This document shows positions 21,230 through 31,812 of a stretch of DNA of 31,895 nucleotides, one piece after another. The stretch is taken from contig CALSCO010001233.1 of assembly GCA_943704415.1 (NCBI GenBank), positions 62,001-93,895 on the forward strand. The letters run 5' to 3'. Position 1 is the stretch's first letter. Each line of letters starts with the position of its first letter. Made by a program: the position numbers and the translations under genes. The notes beneath the pieces were generated by a model. That model searched no databases and was not told where the DNA came from. It was given only the letters and a program-made list of their open reading frames with translations. The DNA is from Parvularia atlantis. Taxonomy: Eukaryota.

Positions 21230-23505
21230 TCCGCACCGCCAGCGCAGGCGCCGCGGCCCAAGGCGCTGCGATTCGACCCGTTCCTGCGCGTGGCGTACCT
21301 GCACGAGACGTTCCTGCGCGACTCGATGGAGTTCATCACGACGTATCTCAAGCTCTTCGTGTCGCCGCCGAGCGACGTGACACGCAGCGACCTGACGGAC
21401 GTGGTGCGCGGAAGGCGCCGTGCCGCACGCTCGCCGGCAGCTCACGCGCGCCGCGCAGAACCTTCGGGCGGCCGATGAGAACCTCGCGCGCATCGTTGAG
21501 GATCTGCAGAAGGAGTACTTTGGCGTGGTCGAGACGATCCTGGAGGGCCGCGGGCCGGGCATCGGGCCGCAGAACTTCATGGAGGCCCTCGCGCGCCTGG
21601 ACGAGGACCTGCACGCGTTCGATCGGCACCTGAACGGTGCGGGCGCGGCGCACCGGCTGCGTGGAGGCTGTTGACGTCGGGCGCGGCTGCGCAGGGCGCT
21701 TCAAGCTGATCACGCGCGCGCGGCATGTCACGAACCACTTCTTGCTGACGTACGCCACGCGCGAGTTTGCCCTGGTCGGGGCGGCCTTTTCTGGTGCGCG
21801 TCTGCTCGCCGCAGCTGTTGCTTGGTTGCGACTGATAGGGCGCAGAGCGCCTCGGCTGGCTTGCGACTGTCGCGCGCAAGCTGTCGGCCTCAGGCGCGAG
21901 CACCGGATCGCCCGCCGTCCCCGCCGTCGCCGCCGAGCCCGCTCGCGACGCGCCCAAGAAGGACAAGGACGAGACTGCGACGCTGGTGCGTCCCTGCGCA
22001 GCGGCGTGAGCGCACTTGTGCGCTCACGCGGGCAGCGCGGCCAGATCATGGTCGACCCGAACTTTGAGGCGCGCCCGGACGAGCTCGTGCAGCTGGTGCA
22101 TATGCTCAACGCGTCGCTGAGCCGCACGCTGAACGAGACGATGTCGCGGCTGGAGGTGCATGCGTTGGGGCGCGCGGCTGCTGCGAGCACCGACAGACGC
22201 ACCGCACGGCGCTCAGGTGTTTGCGATCGTCGACGAGACGTTCATGCACGCGCACCTGCCTGCGTACGTGCAGGCGGTGTTCCGCGAGGCGTCCAACTTC
22301 TGGATGGCGATCGGCAGCGAGGTCATGGTGCGGCAGCACGGCGATGGCTGCCCATGCGCCCGTGTGGCTGATGTTGCCCGCCCCGCAGTCGGTCGGCCTG
22401 CAGAGCGGCGGCGGCGCGACCGTGCCACTGCTCACGCTCATCCTCGCGAAGCTCTCGAACGAGTTTGACGGCATGACGATCTCGACCATGTACGCGCGCA
22501 TGGTCGAGGTGTTTTCGTCCGGCATGCGGCGCTCGGCGGTCGCCACGGAGCAGAACGAGGCGCGGGCGCTGCAGCGACGCAACGCGGAGGTGCGCGGGCG
22601 GCGCGTGGGTGGTGCTGCGCTGACGCGGGTGCGGGCAGTTGCTGCTGCAGCGCTACGTCGAGTTGCAGGGGCAGAAGATGGCCGCGCTCGTCCGGCTCAA
22701 CATTGAGACGGCCAGGTGGCTCACGGCGCGCGAGCCGCGCAAGCCGTCCAAGGTGCGCGCGCTGTGCGTGCACATGTTCGCTGACAGGCGCGCGAGTGCA
22801 GCTGTGGGAGCAGATCGTCGACGACTTTACGCAGATGGACGCGCACGTGGAGCAGATGTACGAGCGTGACGTGTCCAACTCGCGCCAGTCGTCCGGTACG
22901 TGCACGTGCGCGCATCGCGCGCCTTCTGCTCGCTCACTGCGGCCGGCTGCGCAGAGTCGAGCCACTCGCGCCGCGTGCGTCCCGTGACCAAGTCGGCCAG
23001 CGGCGCCATGGCGCGCCCGCGCGACCTCTCGCGCAACGACCCGTTCACGACGTGCGTTGCCGTGCGGCGGGAGCGGCGACAGGGCGCGGCACTGACGGCG
23101 CGCGCTCAGCAACACGATCGACAAACTGTTCCGGCAGAAGATTGAGGTGTTTGTGCCGGTCGAACAGAGCCGCAACGCGGTGCTCGCGGCCGTCATCAAG
23201 ATCGTGCTCAAGGCGTTCAGCGAGTACCTGCGCCTGCGCACGTTTGGCCGCAACGGCTACCAGCAGATTCAGGTCGACGCCGAGTATCTGCGCGTGAACC
23301 TGTGGCGGTTCGCGCCCGAGGGGTGCGTGTGTCTGCTCGTCGCCTGCCGCGGAGCGCGACCGGGCTCACGCGCCCGCGCAGCCTGCTGGGCAACATGGTC
23401 GACGAGGTTGTCTCGAGCGCGCAGAGCCGCTGCACCGACCCCGTGCCGATGGAGCCCGGCGTGCTCGAGAAGGTGCTCGCGGCGAGCGAGGGCGAGGCCG
23501 CATGA
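19485..23505 (+). CDS. VPS51: GARP/EARP tethering subunit Vps51 (Ang2/fat-free); about 19 introns
   Basis: [126 protein letters not shown]. Stop TGA at 23503-23505. Confidence 0.95.
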
Positions 23506-23754
23506 TATTTTGCTGCTGAACTGTCCCGGTGTTGTTCCACTGATCTGGAAGCATGGCAGTCAACGTCAAACACCAAGTCAGGGCCACCCGAAGAGCCCGG
23601 TTACTTCAGTACACACGATTGACTTGGAGCACAAACCACACAAATTTGACTGAGCTTAAGCTTCCAGGCTTGCACTGACAAAACTAGAGAAACGGAAAAG
23701 ACAACACTGACATGCCGGAGATATTCGCTTGCGCAGAGGGCATGGGATAGAGTT

Positions 23755-25010
23755 TTAGTCAGCGGCCTTCACGTCGACTAAAGCGAGAAAAAGTTCGCTT
23801 GTGCGGCCCTGTGAGACGTTATATTGGTAGCGCAGCACCGGGTGTCCCTCACCATGTTGCGCGGCAGGATTGACTCTGCAGAAGTAGACATGCACCGTTG
23901 CCTGCGTAGCGCGACGAAAAGCTGAGCATATAACGGCTCAGTTTGCACTAGCAAAACATACGTGTGAGTGGCCCGTCGCAAGGGTCTGATACCTCGGCAG
24001 AGCGTAGCGCCTGCGTGCCGCAATGAGATTGACGTTTTTGTCAGGATCTCCTCTTGGCGTCTGGGCGCGGCGAGACGTCAGAATGAGCTGCAGAAAGATT
24101 GTGAACAAAACGAAACCTTCCAGTGAATTTTCACCGTCAGACGAAATTGATTCCTGGCCGGAGCAACTTGCATGCGCCGATCGTTGAAGTCCGTGTGAAA
24201 ACACGCAGCCACTCGCACCTTTTCTGCATGAGCCGTGAGAGCTTGATGAAACTTAACAGGCAGCGTAAATTAGTCGAACACGGCAGGGCCTATATACGAA
24301 CCGCAGAGGCGCGAGTCGCGGACCAGTTCATGTTCAAGCAGTTGATGAGCTTGGCGTGTGTGAAGACGTTCTGTTTAGCCTCGTTCTCCGTCAGCGTGCC
24401 TGTCTCGTCGTTGACCCACTGTGTGCTCTGGTAGCTTGTATCGATGCGGTCAGGGCAGCCGCGCAAGCGCAATCATGATTCCACTCACCGCAAGTTGTGG
24501 CAACTAGTGCCAAATATCAGCCACTTGGGATGACTCGCAGATCCACACGGGAAAGAGATGCGGCAAGCTTGATACGCTGCTTGTTGGGCCGTGTAGGACC
24601 ATCCCCAGAATGTATTCACCCGGATGGAACTGTGCTGCGCACAGGCCCTTAGTATTGCTGTTACCAACCGAATGACGTACACGTACCTGCTGGTGGTTCA
24701 ACCTGATTGGCGCAAACACCAACCAGAAAGGCCTGAAAATCCTTGTATCGTTGTCGTCGTTTTCACCTGTGTCTTGGACGTCGCGTACGCAGCGACGCAC
24801 TAGGCACCTGACTTGGACGAGACCTCCTTCGGTGGGCACTTGCACCCGCTGGACTTGCTTGCCGACTCGGCTATGGGGGCGCAGGCCGTACTGATGCCGC
24901 AGGTGCCGGCTTTGCTCTTCTTTTTCTTCCATGCCAAGCCACGTCGTCAGCGCAGCCTCGTCCAGTGCCACCAGCGGCAGCGGCTGGTCGCGAGCCACAT
25001 GACCCTTCAT
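23755..25010 (-). CDS. Possible multi-exon orphan gene within a lower-GC island
   Basis: Open exon-like blocks (MKGHVARDQP...; HSSIRVNTFWGWSY...CHNLR; YQSTQWVNDETG...NCLNMNWSATRASA; ...LTVKIHWK; TPRGDPDKNVNL...GHSH; ATVHVYFCRVN...DVKAAD*) can be joined in frame through GTACGT/GTGAGT/GTTCGT/GTTTCG/GTATGT donors, mostly with CTAA/CTGA-like branch points. No recognisable homology. Confidence 0.35.
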
Positions 25011-25051
25011 TCGTGCCAGAATCTGGCAATCCCAAAACAACACACACAAGC

Positions 25052-28013
25052 ATGACACGCGCGAAACGGCCACGTGGCGCGTCTGCCACCGCCGCGTTCT
25101 TCGAGGACCGGGCGCCTGCCGAGGCTGCGGACGCGCAGCAGCACGAGGACGAGCAGGAGGCCGAGCTCGAGCGGCAGCAGCAGCCGCCGCGCGCCAAGCG
25201 GCGGAAGCAGGAGAAGCAGGCGGCGCCCGAGGAGCTCGCAGCGGCCTCGCACGTTGACGGCGAGCGGCGGCGCAAGCGCGCCCCGCCGCAGAAGCTGCTC
25301 GAGCCCGAGACGCGCTCGTACTTTGAGAACGTGGAGACGCTGCTGGGCGACGTCGCGGCCAACTTTGCGACGGACGAGGGTGCGGCGTGTCGCTGCCCGT
25401 CAACGATGCTGACGCGACGACAGATCGTGACCTGTTTGTGAGCAACGTCTACCGCGAGATGGATGGCCAGGAGGGCCACCTCGCGACCGACCCGGACGGC
25501 AGCCGCATCCTCGAGCGCCTGTTGGGCGTGTCGACGGCGGCGCAGGCGCGCTGGCTGCTGCACCGAATGGCGGGCGACGTCGGCTTTGTCATGACGCACC
25601 GCAACGGCTCGCACGTGCTCCAGACGCTGCTCGCGCGCGTGCCCGAGTGGCTCAAGGTGCGTGTTGCACGTGCACACTTAAAGTGTGCGGGAGGGCGGCT
25701 CACGGCGGAGAGCGCAGGCCGCCGACGGCCAGGGCGCGAGCGAGCCCGCGACCGGCGAGACGCCGTCGCTCGAGCAGCTCGTGGTCAACGTGTGCACGGT
25801 GCGGCTCGGCGGCTGTTGTAACTCGTCTGACGGTCCCGGCATGTGAGCGCAGGAGATCGCGCCCGACGCGCTCATGCTCACGTACGACGCCTACGCCTCG
25901 CACGTCGTGCGCGTGCTGCTCAACGTGCTGGCCGGGCGCCCCGTCGAGACGCTCACGCGGTCCAAGAACTCGAAGCGGTACCGGCAGGACTCGCAGCTGT
26001 CGACCGCGAGCGCGTTCGACTGGCTGGTGCGCAGCCGCTGCGCCGCGCACCGCCGACAAGCGGGCGCAGGAGTCACGCAAGCCGCCGACGCCTGCGTTTG
26101 CACGCGCGCTGCTGGACCTGACGGGCGCACTGCTGGGCGAGCGCACGGGCGAGGAGCTGCGGTCGACGCTGCGCGACATGGCGGCCAACGCGACATCGTC
26201 GCCCGTGCTGCAGGTGCGTGTGCTACTGTGCGCGCGTGATCGCTGCCGTGGCTGACTGACGCCCGCGCGGGCCGTGCAGCTGCTCCTGCTCGTGCATGCC
26301 GGCAACAAGCCCGTGCTGACGTCGCTGCTGAACGCGCTGCTGCTCGGTGCGCGGGCCCACATGCTACAACGCGGCGAGCTGAACAGCACTGCGTGCGCCT
26401 CGGCAGACAACGAGGACACCGCCGTCGCACCAATCAAGCGCTACGACAGCGAGTTTGCTGCGCGGGGCATCCGCGACGGCGTGTGCAGCCACCTGTTTGA
26501 GATCGTGCTGCAGGTGCGTTGCTGTGCGTCTCGCGGCGCCCACTCACGCGCTCACAGGTGGCCCCGCCCGAGGTGTACCTCGGCCTGTACGTGGCGCAGT
26601 TTCGCGGACAGCTGGCGGACCTGTGCCGCGACGGCGTGGCCAACTTTGTGGTGCGGCTGCGCGTGCTGCCGTGCGTGCTGCTCCGCTTACGCGGCCGCGG
26701 GCGGCAGGTCGCCCACCTCGTCGCGACGTCCAAGTCGGCCGTGCACGCCGACATGCTACTCGACGAGCTTATGCCCGAGCTGCCGTTCCTGCTGCGTGCG
26801 TTCGGTCATCGGCTGGCGTTGCACGCACGGACGTGCTGACGACCGCGCCCGCAGTCAATAACCGCGCCGGCATCGTCCATCGCATGGCCGAGATGTGCGC
26901 GCGCTTCCCGGGGCCGCGACAGAAGCGCCTGATGCAGGTGCGCACGGCGAAGCGCCCCTTTGTGCTGCACTCATGGCTTTCGTGCAGGCCATCGCGCGCA
27001 CGCTCAATGGGCACCTGCCCCAGCACCGCAAGATGCTTTTGCACCTGCTCCTGCAGCTGCGTGTGGCGCCGGTGCGTGCTGAAGAGGTGGCGAGTGCGTG
27101 CGTCGGGCCTGACGCGCGGTGCAGGAGACGGGCGAGTACGACGAGGCGGGGCAGTCCTTTGTGACGCCGCTGGGCGCGCAGATCGCGGGCGCGTTGTTCC
27201 TCTTCACGGCGACGGAGCAGGTCCCGCTCGCGCTGAGCCTCATGTCGGCGTCGGCCGAGACGCTCGCGGGCTGGTGCAAGACGCTCGGCGGGAGCCGCAT
27301 GATCGAGAGCTTCCTTGACGGCAAGGCGCCGGCCGAGCTCAAGCTCAAGCTCGTGCGCAAGCTCGCCGGTCACTATTGCGAGGTGCGCCGCGCTCCGCTG
27401 CCTGCGCGCGGTGCACCGCTGACGGCCGCGGCGCAGCTCGCCTGCGACAAGTACGGCAGCCACACGCTCGACACGTGCTGGAAGCACTCGGCCATCGAGC
27501 AGAAGGAGAAGATCGCCGGTGCGCGCCACACACGGCACACAGACCGATGGAGGGCTGACTGTGCGTGCCGCGCAGACGAGCTGGCCGAGCACGAGAAGAC
27601 GCTCGCGGGCGACTACTACGGGCGCTTCGCGCTGCGCAACTGCCAGGTGCAGCAGTTCCGGCGGTGCGTGCGGGCTGGACGCCTTGCAGCACGCGCGCCT
27701 GACTGCCGCGCGACAGGCGCAAGGACGACTGGCGCCAGCGCGAGCAGGGCCGCAACCGCAAGGTGGCGCTGTTTGCGGACCTGTTTGAGGACGACGCAGC
27801 CGCCGCTCCGGCAACGTCTTCGGGCACCACGACGCCGTCTACGCAGCGCGGTGCGCGCGGTCGCGACCGCGAGCACAGCACCTGACGCCCCCCGCGCGTC
27901 TTCCCGCAGAGCGCGATCTGATGCGCGCGATGGACCGCGAATACGACCACCACCTGGCCATCCTTGGCTTCCCGCGCGGCGTGCCCTCTCGACCCGAGCC
28001 AGCACGCGTGTGA
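25052..28013 (+). CDS. NOP9: Nucleolar protein 9 (Pumilio/PUF-repeat pre-18S rRNA factor); about 14 introns
   Basis: ETRSYFENVETLL, LFVSNVYREMDGQEGHLATDPDGSRILERLL, HRNGSHVLQTLL, YASHVVRVLL, CSHLFEIVL, VANFVV, GSRMIESFL, LACDKYGSHTLDTCW, KEKIADELA, YYGRFALRNC. Stop TGA at 28011-28013. Confidence 0.93.
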
Positions 28014-28046
28014 GCGGTGCCGCATGAGCTCATGTTTTGCGCGATT

Positions 28047-28058
28047 TTTGGCGCCAAA
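28047..28058. promoter_or_regulatory. Perfect palindromic E2F-type site TTTGGCGCCAAA just upstream of MCM10
   Basis: Exact 12-bp palindrome in the 70-nt NOP9-MCM10 gap, ending 25 nt before the MCM10 ATG. It matches the E2F consensus TTTSSCGC on both strands. Confidence 0.65.
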
Positions 28059-28083
28059 GCGTTCAAAGTATTGTGACAGACGC

Positions 28084-28321
28084 ATGACGGACGGCGCGCT
28101 GCTCGACGACCTGCTGGCGCTGGCCGCGGCCGACGACGACGGCGTGCTCGACCTGCCGCTCGACGTCGACGTGGACGTGGAGGCGCTCATGCGCGTGGAC
28201 GGGCGGGCGGCCGTGGCGGACGAGAGCGTGCCGGCAACGACGGCGACAGCGGCGCCAGACGGGCTGCGCGAGTTCCTGCGCGGGCTGCAGCTGGACGAGT
28301 GCTGGGAGCGGTTCCGTGCCG

Positions 28322-28366
<45 letters not shown>

Positions 28367-28547
28367 GCTGGTGAGCACGGCAGCGCAAGAAAGCGTGACG
28401 CGCGAGTGCGCACGCAGGACATCTGCACCGTCGACGACCTGCGCGAGCTGCACCTTAGCGACGACGACCTGATCAAGCTCGGCGTAAGCACGATCGGCAA
28501 GCGGCGCAAGCTGCAGCTGGCCCTCAGGGTGCCCTCGGCGCCCGCAC

Positions 28548-28579
<32 letters not shown>

Positions 28580-31468
28580 CCAACAGCACCAGAAGAAGCA
28601 CCGACAACAGCACCAGTAAAGGCGCCAGGGAGAGCACTGCCGCCGCTCCCGCCTCTGCCGGCACTGCCCGGCAAGAAGGCGCGCCCGGCCAAGATCACCA
28701 CCGCGCCAAAGCGGGCGCCCGACACGCCCGCGCAGCAGGACGCGAATGACCCCGAGCCCAACACGGGGATGATGCTGCGGTGCGTGCCAGGCTTCGCGCA
28801 CACGCGACGTGACGCAACTGGCGACATCGCAGGCTGCGCTGCGCGACCAACGAGGAGATCAACATGGCCACAGACAGCCACTCGTTCATCCCGCTCGCGC
28901 AGGTCGAGAGCTACGTCGACAAGGCGCTGCAGGACCAGAGCAAGCGCAAGCCGTGGTCGACGATCGGCGTCATCGTGGAGCGGCCGGACCCGAAGCAGAA
29001 GTGCGTGCCCGCCGTGCCCGCGCGCCACGTGCCCCGCCCTGACGCCGTGGCAACACGCGCGCAGTGCGACCACCATGGCGTACATGCAGCGCTGGGTCGT
29101 CTCGGACCTGAAGGGCCACAAGGTCGCCGCGTATCTCTTCGGCGACGCCTTCACCGCGCACACCAGGATCCAGCCGGGCGCCGTGGTCATGCTCATTGAC
29201 ACGACGCGCATGCAGAGCAAGGTGCGGCGCGGTTGCGCTGTGCGGCGCTCGCATTCACACGAGTCGTACAGGACGGCGACGAGCAAAGAAAGTTCACGAT
29301 CTCGGTGTCGCTGCGCGTGAGCAACGCCGACCAGGTGATGGAGCTCGGCTACGCGCGCGACATGGTGCGCTGCGCGTTTATCGGCAACTTCCCATGCCGA
29401 GAGCAGATCGACAAGTGCGCTGGCGTGCCTGCGCGACGCGATCGCGTGCTGACCGCCATGCCTAGGAACGGCTCGGGCTACTGCCAGATGCACGCTTTGA
29501 AGGCGTTCCGGGCGCAGCAGAACGGGCGCATGGAGTTCCAGAGCTCGTGCGCAACCGCGGAGTCCTTGTGCTCGCCCGCACGCTCACCGCGACCGCGACC
29601 GCTCGCAGGCAGCAGCCGCTTGGGCCCCGCCCGGCACCCGACAAGACCATGTTTGCGCCAAAGGGCACCGTCTTCGCCCAGTCGATCAACGACGTGCCGC
29701 CAAGCGAGCGGCAGGCGTTCCGCGCCAGGATAAAGGCCAAGCATAACGCGATCGCGGAGCAGCACAGGCGCGAAGCGTGCGTTGGTGCCTGCGCGCTGTT
29801 GCTTGCGCGCGCGCTAACCCGCCGGCTTGTGCGCAGGCGCACCATGGAGAGCATCGGCGTGCTGCCGCAGCCAAAGGACCTGAACGCGCCCATGTCTGAC
29901 GTGCGCTGCCGCTCAGTAACGCTGCCTTTGTGCGACGGGGCTCACGCCGCCGCGCGACAGATCGACCTGCGCGTGTCGCAGAGGGCCGGCATCAACATCA
30001 ACAGCCACGGGTCGACACCCAACAGTCGCAACATGGCGCAACGTGCGTCGCCGCAGCACGCGCGCGCGCACGCGCTCGCCCTCACACGACGGCTGCAGAG
30101 ATGGAGCTGGTCATGGCCCAGCAGTCCAAGCCCGAGCTGCTGCGCGGCGTGAACAAGAGCGCCCTGTCGGACGACGACGTGATCGACCTGTACGACAGCA
30201 CCGCGATCAACACAACCGTCCAGCCGACCGACGTGCGCGCGCCCGCGCCGTGCTGCTGCGCGGCTGACGCGGCGCGCGTAGAACAAGGCGATTCGGATGC
30301 TGAAGACGGGCCGCGTGGTGTCGTCCGACAAGGCACTCTTCGAGCGCGTCCGAATTGCGCAGGAGAACGACAACGCCGAGCTGCGCAAGTTTGGTGCGCT
30401 GGGTGCACGCGGTGTTGTGCGTGCTGCTGAGAGCGCGCGCAGACGAAGAGCTCAACGGCGGACGGCGCCCTTACGGCGAGCAGACTGCCGAGCCGCCGCT
30501 TGCACACGCGCCGAGCGAGAGCGAGCGCAACAGCGAGACGCTCAAGCATATCAAGAACAAGCACGCCGCGAAGCACGCCAGTGCGTGTGCGGCGCCCGCG
30601 GGACGGCGCGCGGTCTGACGCGCACGCCGCAGACGCCGAGCCGATACTGCAGCCGGGCCCGAACCCGCTGCTGGGGCAGGACGAGAACGCGGGCCCGCCC
30701 GCGAGCAAGAAGCAGCGCACGGTAGCGCACGGCGCCACTGCGTGCTGGGGCGCCCGGCCTCTCATGCGCCGCGCACCGCCCGCAGGAGCCGCCCAAGCTG
30801 TCGTCGTTCTCGGGCCTGGCGGCCAACGCCGTGCGGCAGCTGGTCAACCAGGTCAACCAGGCGGACACGGCCAAGCGGGTGCGTCCCCGCGCTGCGCGCC
30901 ACATTGCCGCAGCCTGAGCCCTGCGCACGCAGATCCGCATGCTCGAGTCTGACGAGCAGGCCCGCGCGAGCGAGCGTCGCGAGGCGCTGGAGGAGCAGGT
31001 GGCCGCGATCAAGTCGCTCGATATCCAGGGCGTCTTCTGCCACCAGGTGCGCGCCGCGCCGTCTGCGGGTGCCTCTCTTACACGCATGCGCGCAGTGCCG
31101 GGTGCTAATGGAGCGCCCGGGCCCGCTCTGCCGGCAGGACGGCCACACGACCGAGGCGCGCAAGACGACCAAGAGCTTCTTCGAGTGCGACAAGTGCCAC
31201 GCGCGCACGACAACGCTCGGGGGCGGGTGCGTACCCCTCGCACCCTTCGCCGCCCGCGCTGAACGAAGCGTGCGCACGCCCAGACGCCCGCCGATGTCGG
31301 AAACTTGTCGGTGCGGCGCGGCGCGGTGGCGGCCGACGAGCGTCAAGCGGGTGCGACGTGCCCTCGCGTCACCATGTGTGCACTCAGGCCGCGCGCGCGC
31401 AGATCGCGGAGGTGGCCCTGCCGACCGTGCAGCCGCTTGGACCACACAGGGAACTGTTCATCGACTAG
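28084..31468 (+). CDS. MCM10: DNA replication initiation factor MCM10 (OB fold, CCCH zinc finger, C-terminal Zn domain) with an extra N-terminal SAM domain; about 16 introns
   Basis: EPNTGMMLR, WSTIGVIVER, WVVSDLK, YLFGDAF...PGAVVML, QVMELGYARDMVRC-x7-C-x11-C-x2-H zinc finger, RMEFQSS, and the C-terminal domain CHQC...CRQDGH...KSFFECDKC...CRCG..RW. Stop TAG at 31466-31468. Confidence 0.9.
28324..28365. repeat. (GT)21 microsatellite forming the 5' end of MCM10 intron 1
   Basis: Uninterrupted GT run that starts exactly at the donor GT after ...TTCCGTGCCGAG. Confidence 0.95.
28545..28615 (+). repeat. (GCAACA)n-type hexamer coding repeat giving an Ala/Thr/Pro linker after the SAM domain
   Basis: Encodes APAATATATATAPTAPEEAPTTAP, with A-ending codons unlike the rest of the gene. 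Confidence 0.8.
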
Positions 31469-31574
31469 TGTGTGCGTGATAGTTTGCAGCAAGCGCGCGG
31501 CGCGCGACTGTTGCGAGTATGCGGCTGAAGTGCCTACGTAGTATTCAGCGACTGACACAGCTATGCGCCGTCCG

Positions 31575-31812
31575 TTACTCAGGCTTCAGAAGCATCACGC
31601 CGAGCTGGTCGTACTGCTTGTTGCACCCTTGTGCGCTGCTTGTCAGATGTTCTTCACTTACTTGTGGCGCCCGTCTGGTGGGTTGTTTGCAAGCCAAGCC
31701 GGTCCAAGTCCGAGTCGAGCACGCGGCGACACACAGCTTCTTGGGCCTCGTCCAGCACCTTGATCGCGCGAGCGGCGCAGCGCACGTGGCCTCGCTCAGC
31801 GTGCGACAGCAT
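31575..31812 (-). other. Weak candidate small spliced ORF in the lower-GC terminal segment
   Basis: ATG at 31812 gives MLSHAERGHVRCAARAIKVLDEAQEAVCRRVLDSDLDRLGLQTTHQTGAT. A GTAAGT...CTGAC...AG intron could join it to CNKQYDQLGVMLLKPE*. No homology recognised. Confidence 0.2.

Noticed and set aside
21085..21260. Pro/Ala-rich repeats in VPS51 as a separate formin/WASP-like gene
   Set aside because: An in-frame low-complexity insert within a continuous VPS51 exon.
28003..28010. ACGCGT (MCB/MBF element) upstream of MCM10
   Set aside because: It lies inside the last NOP9 codons, and ACGCGT-like words are frequent throughout this CG-rich window.
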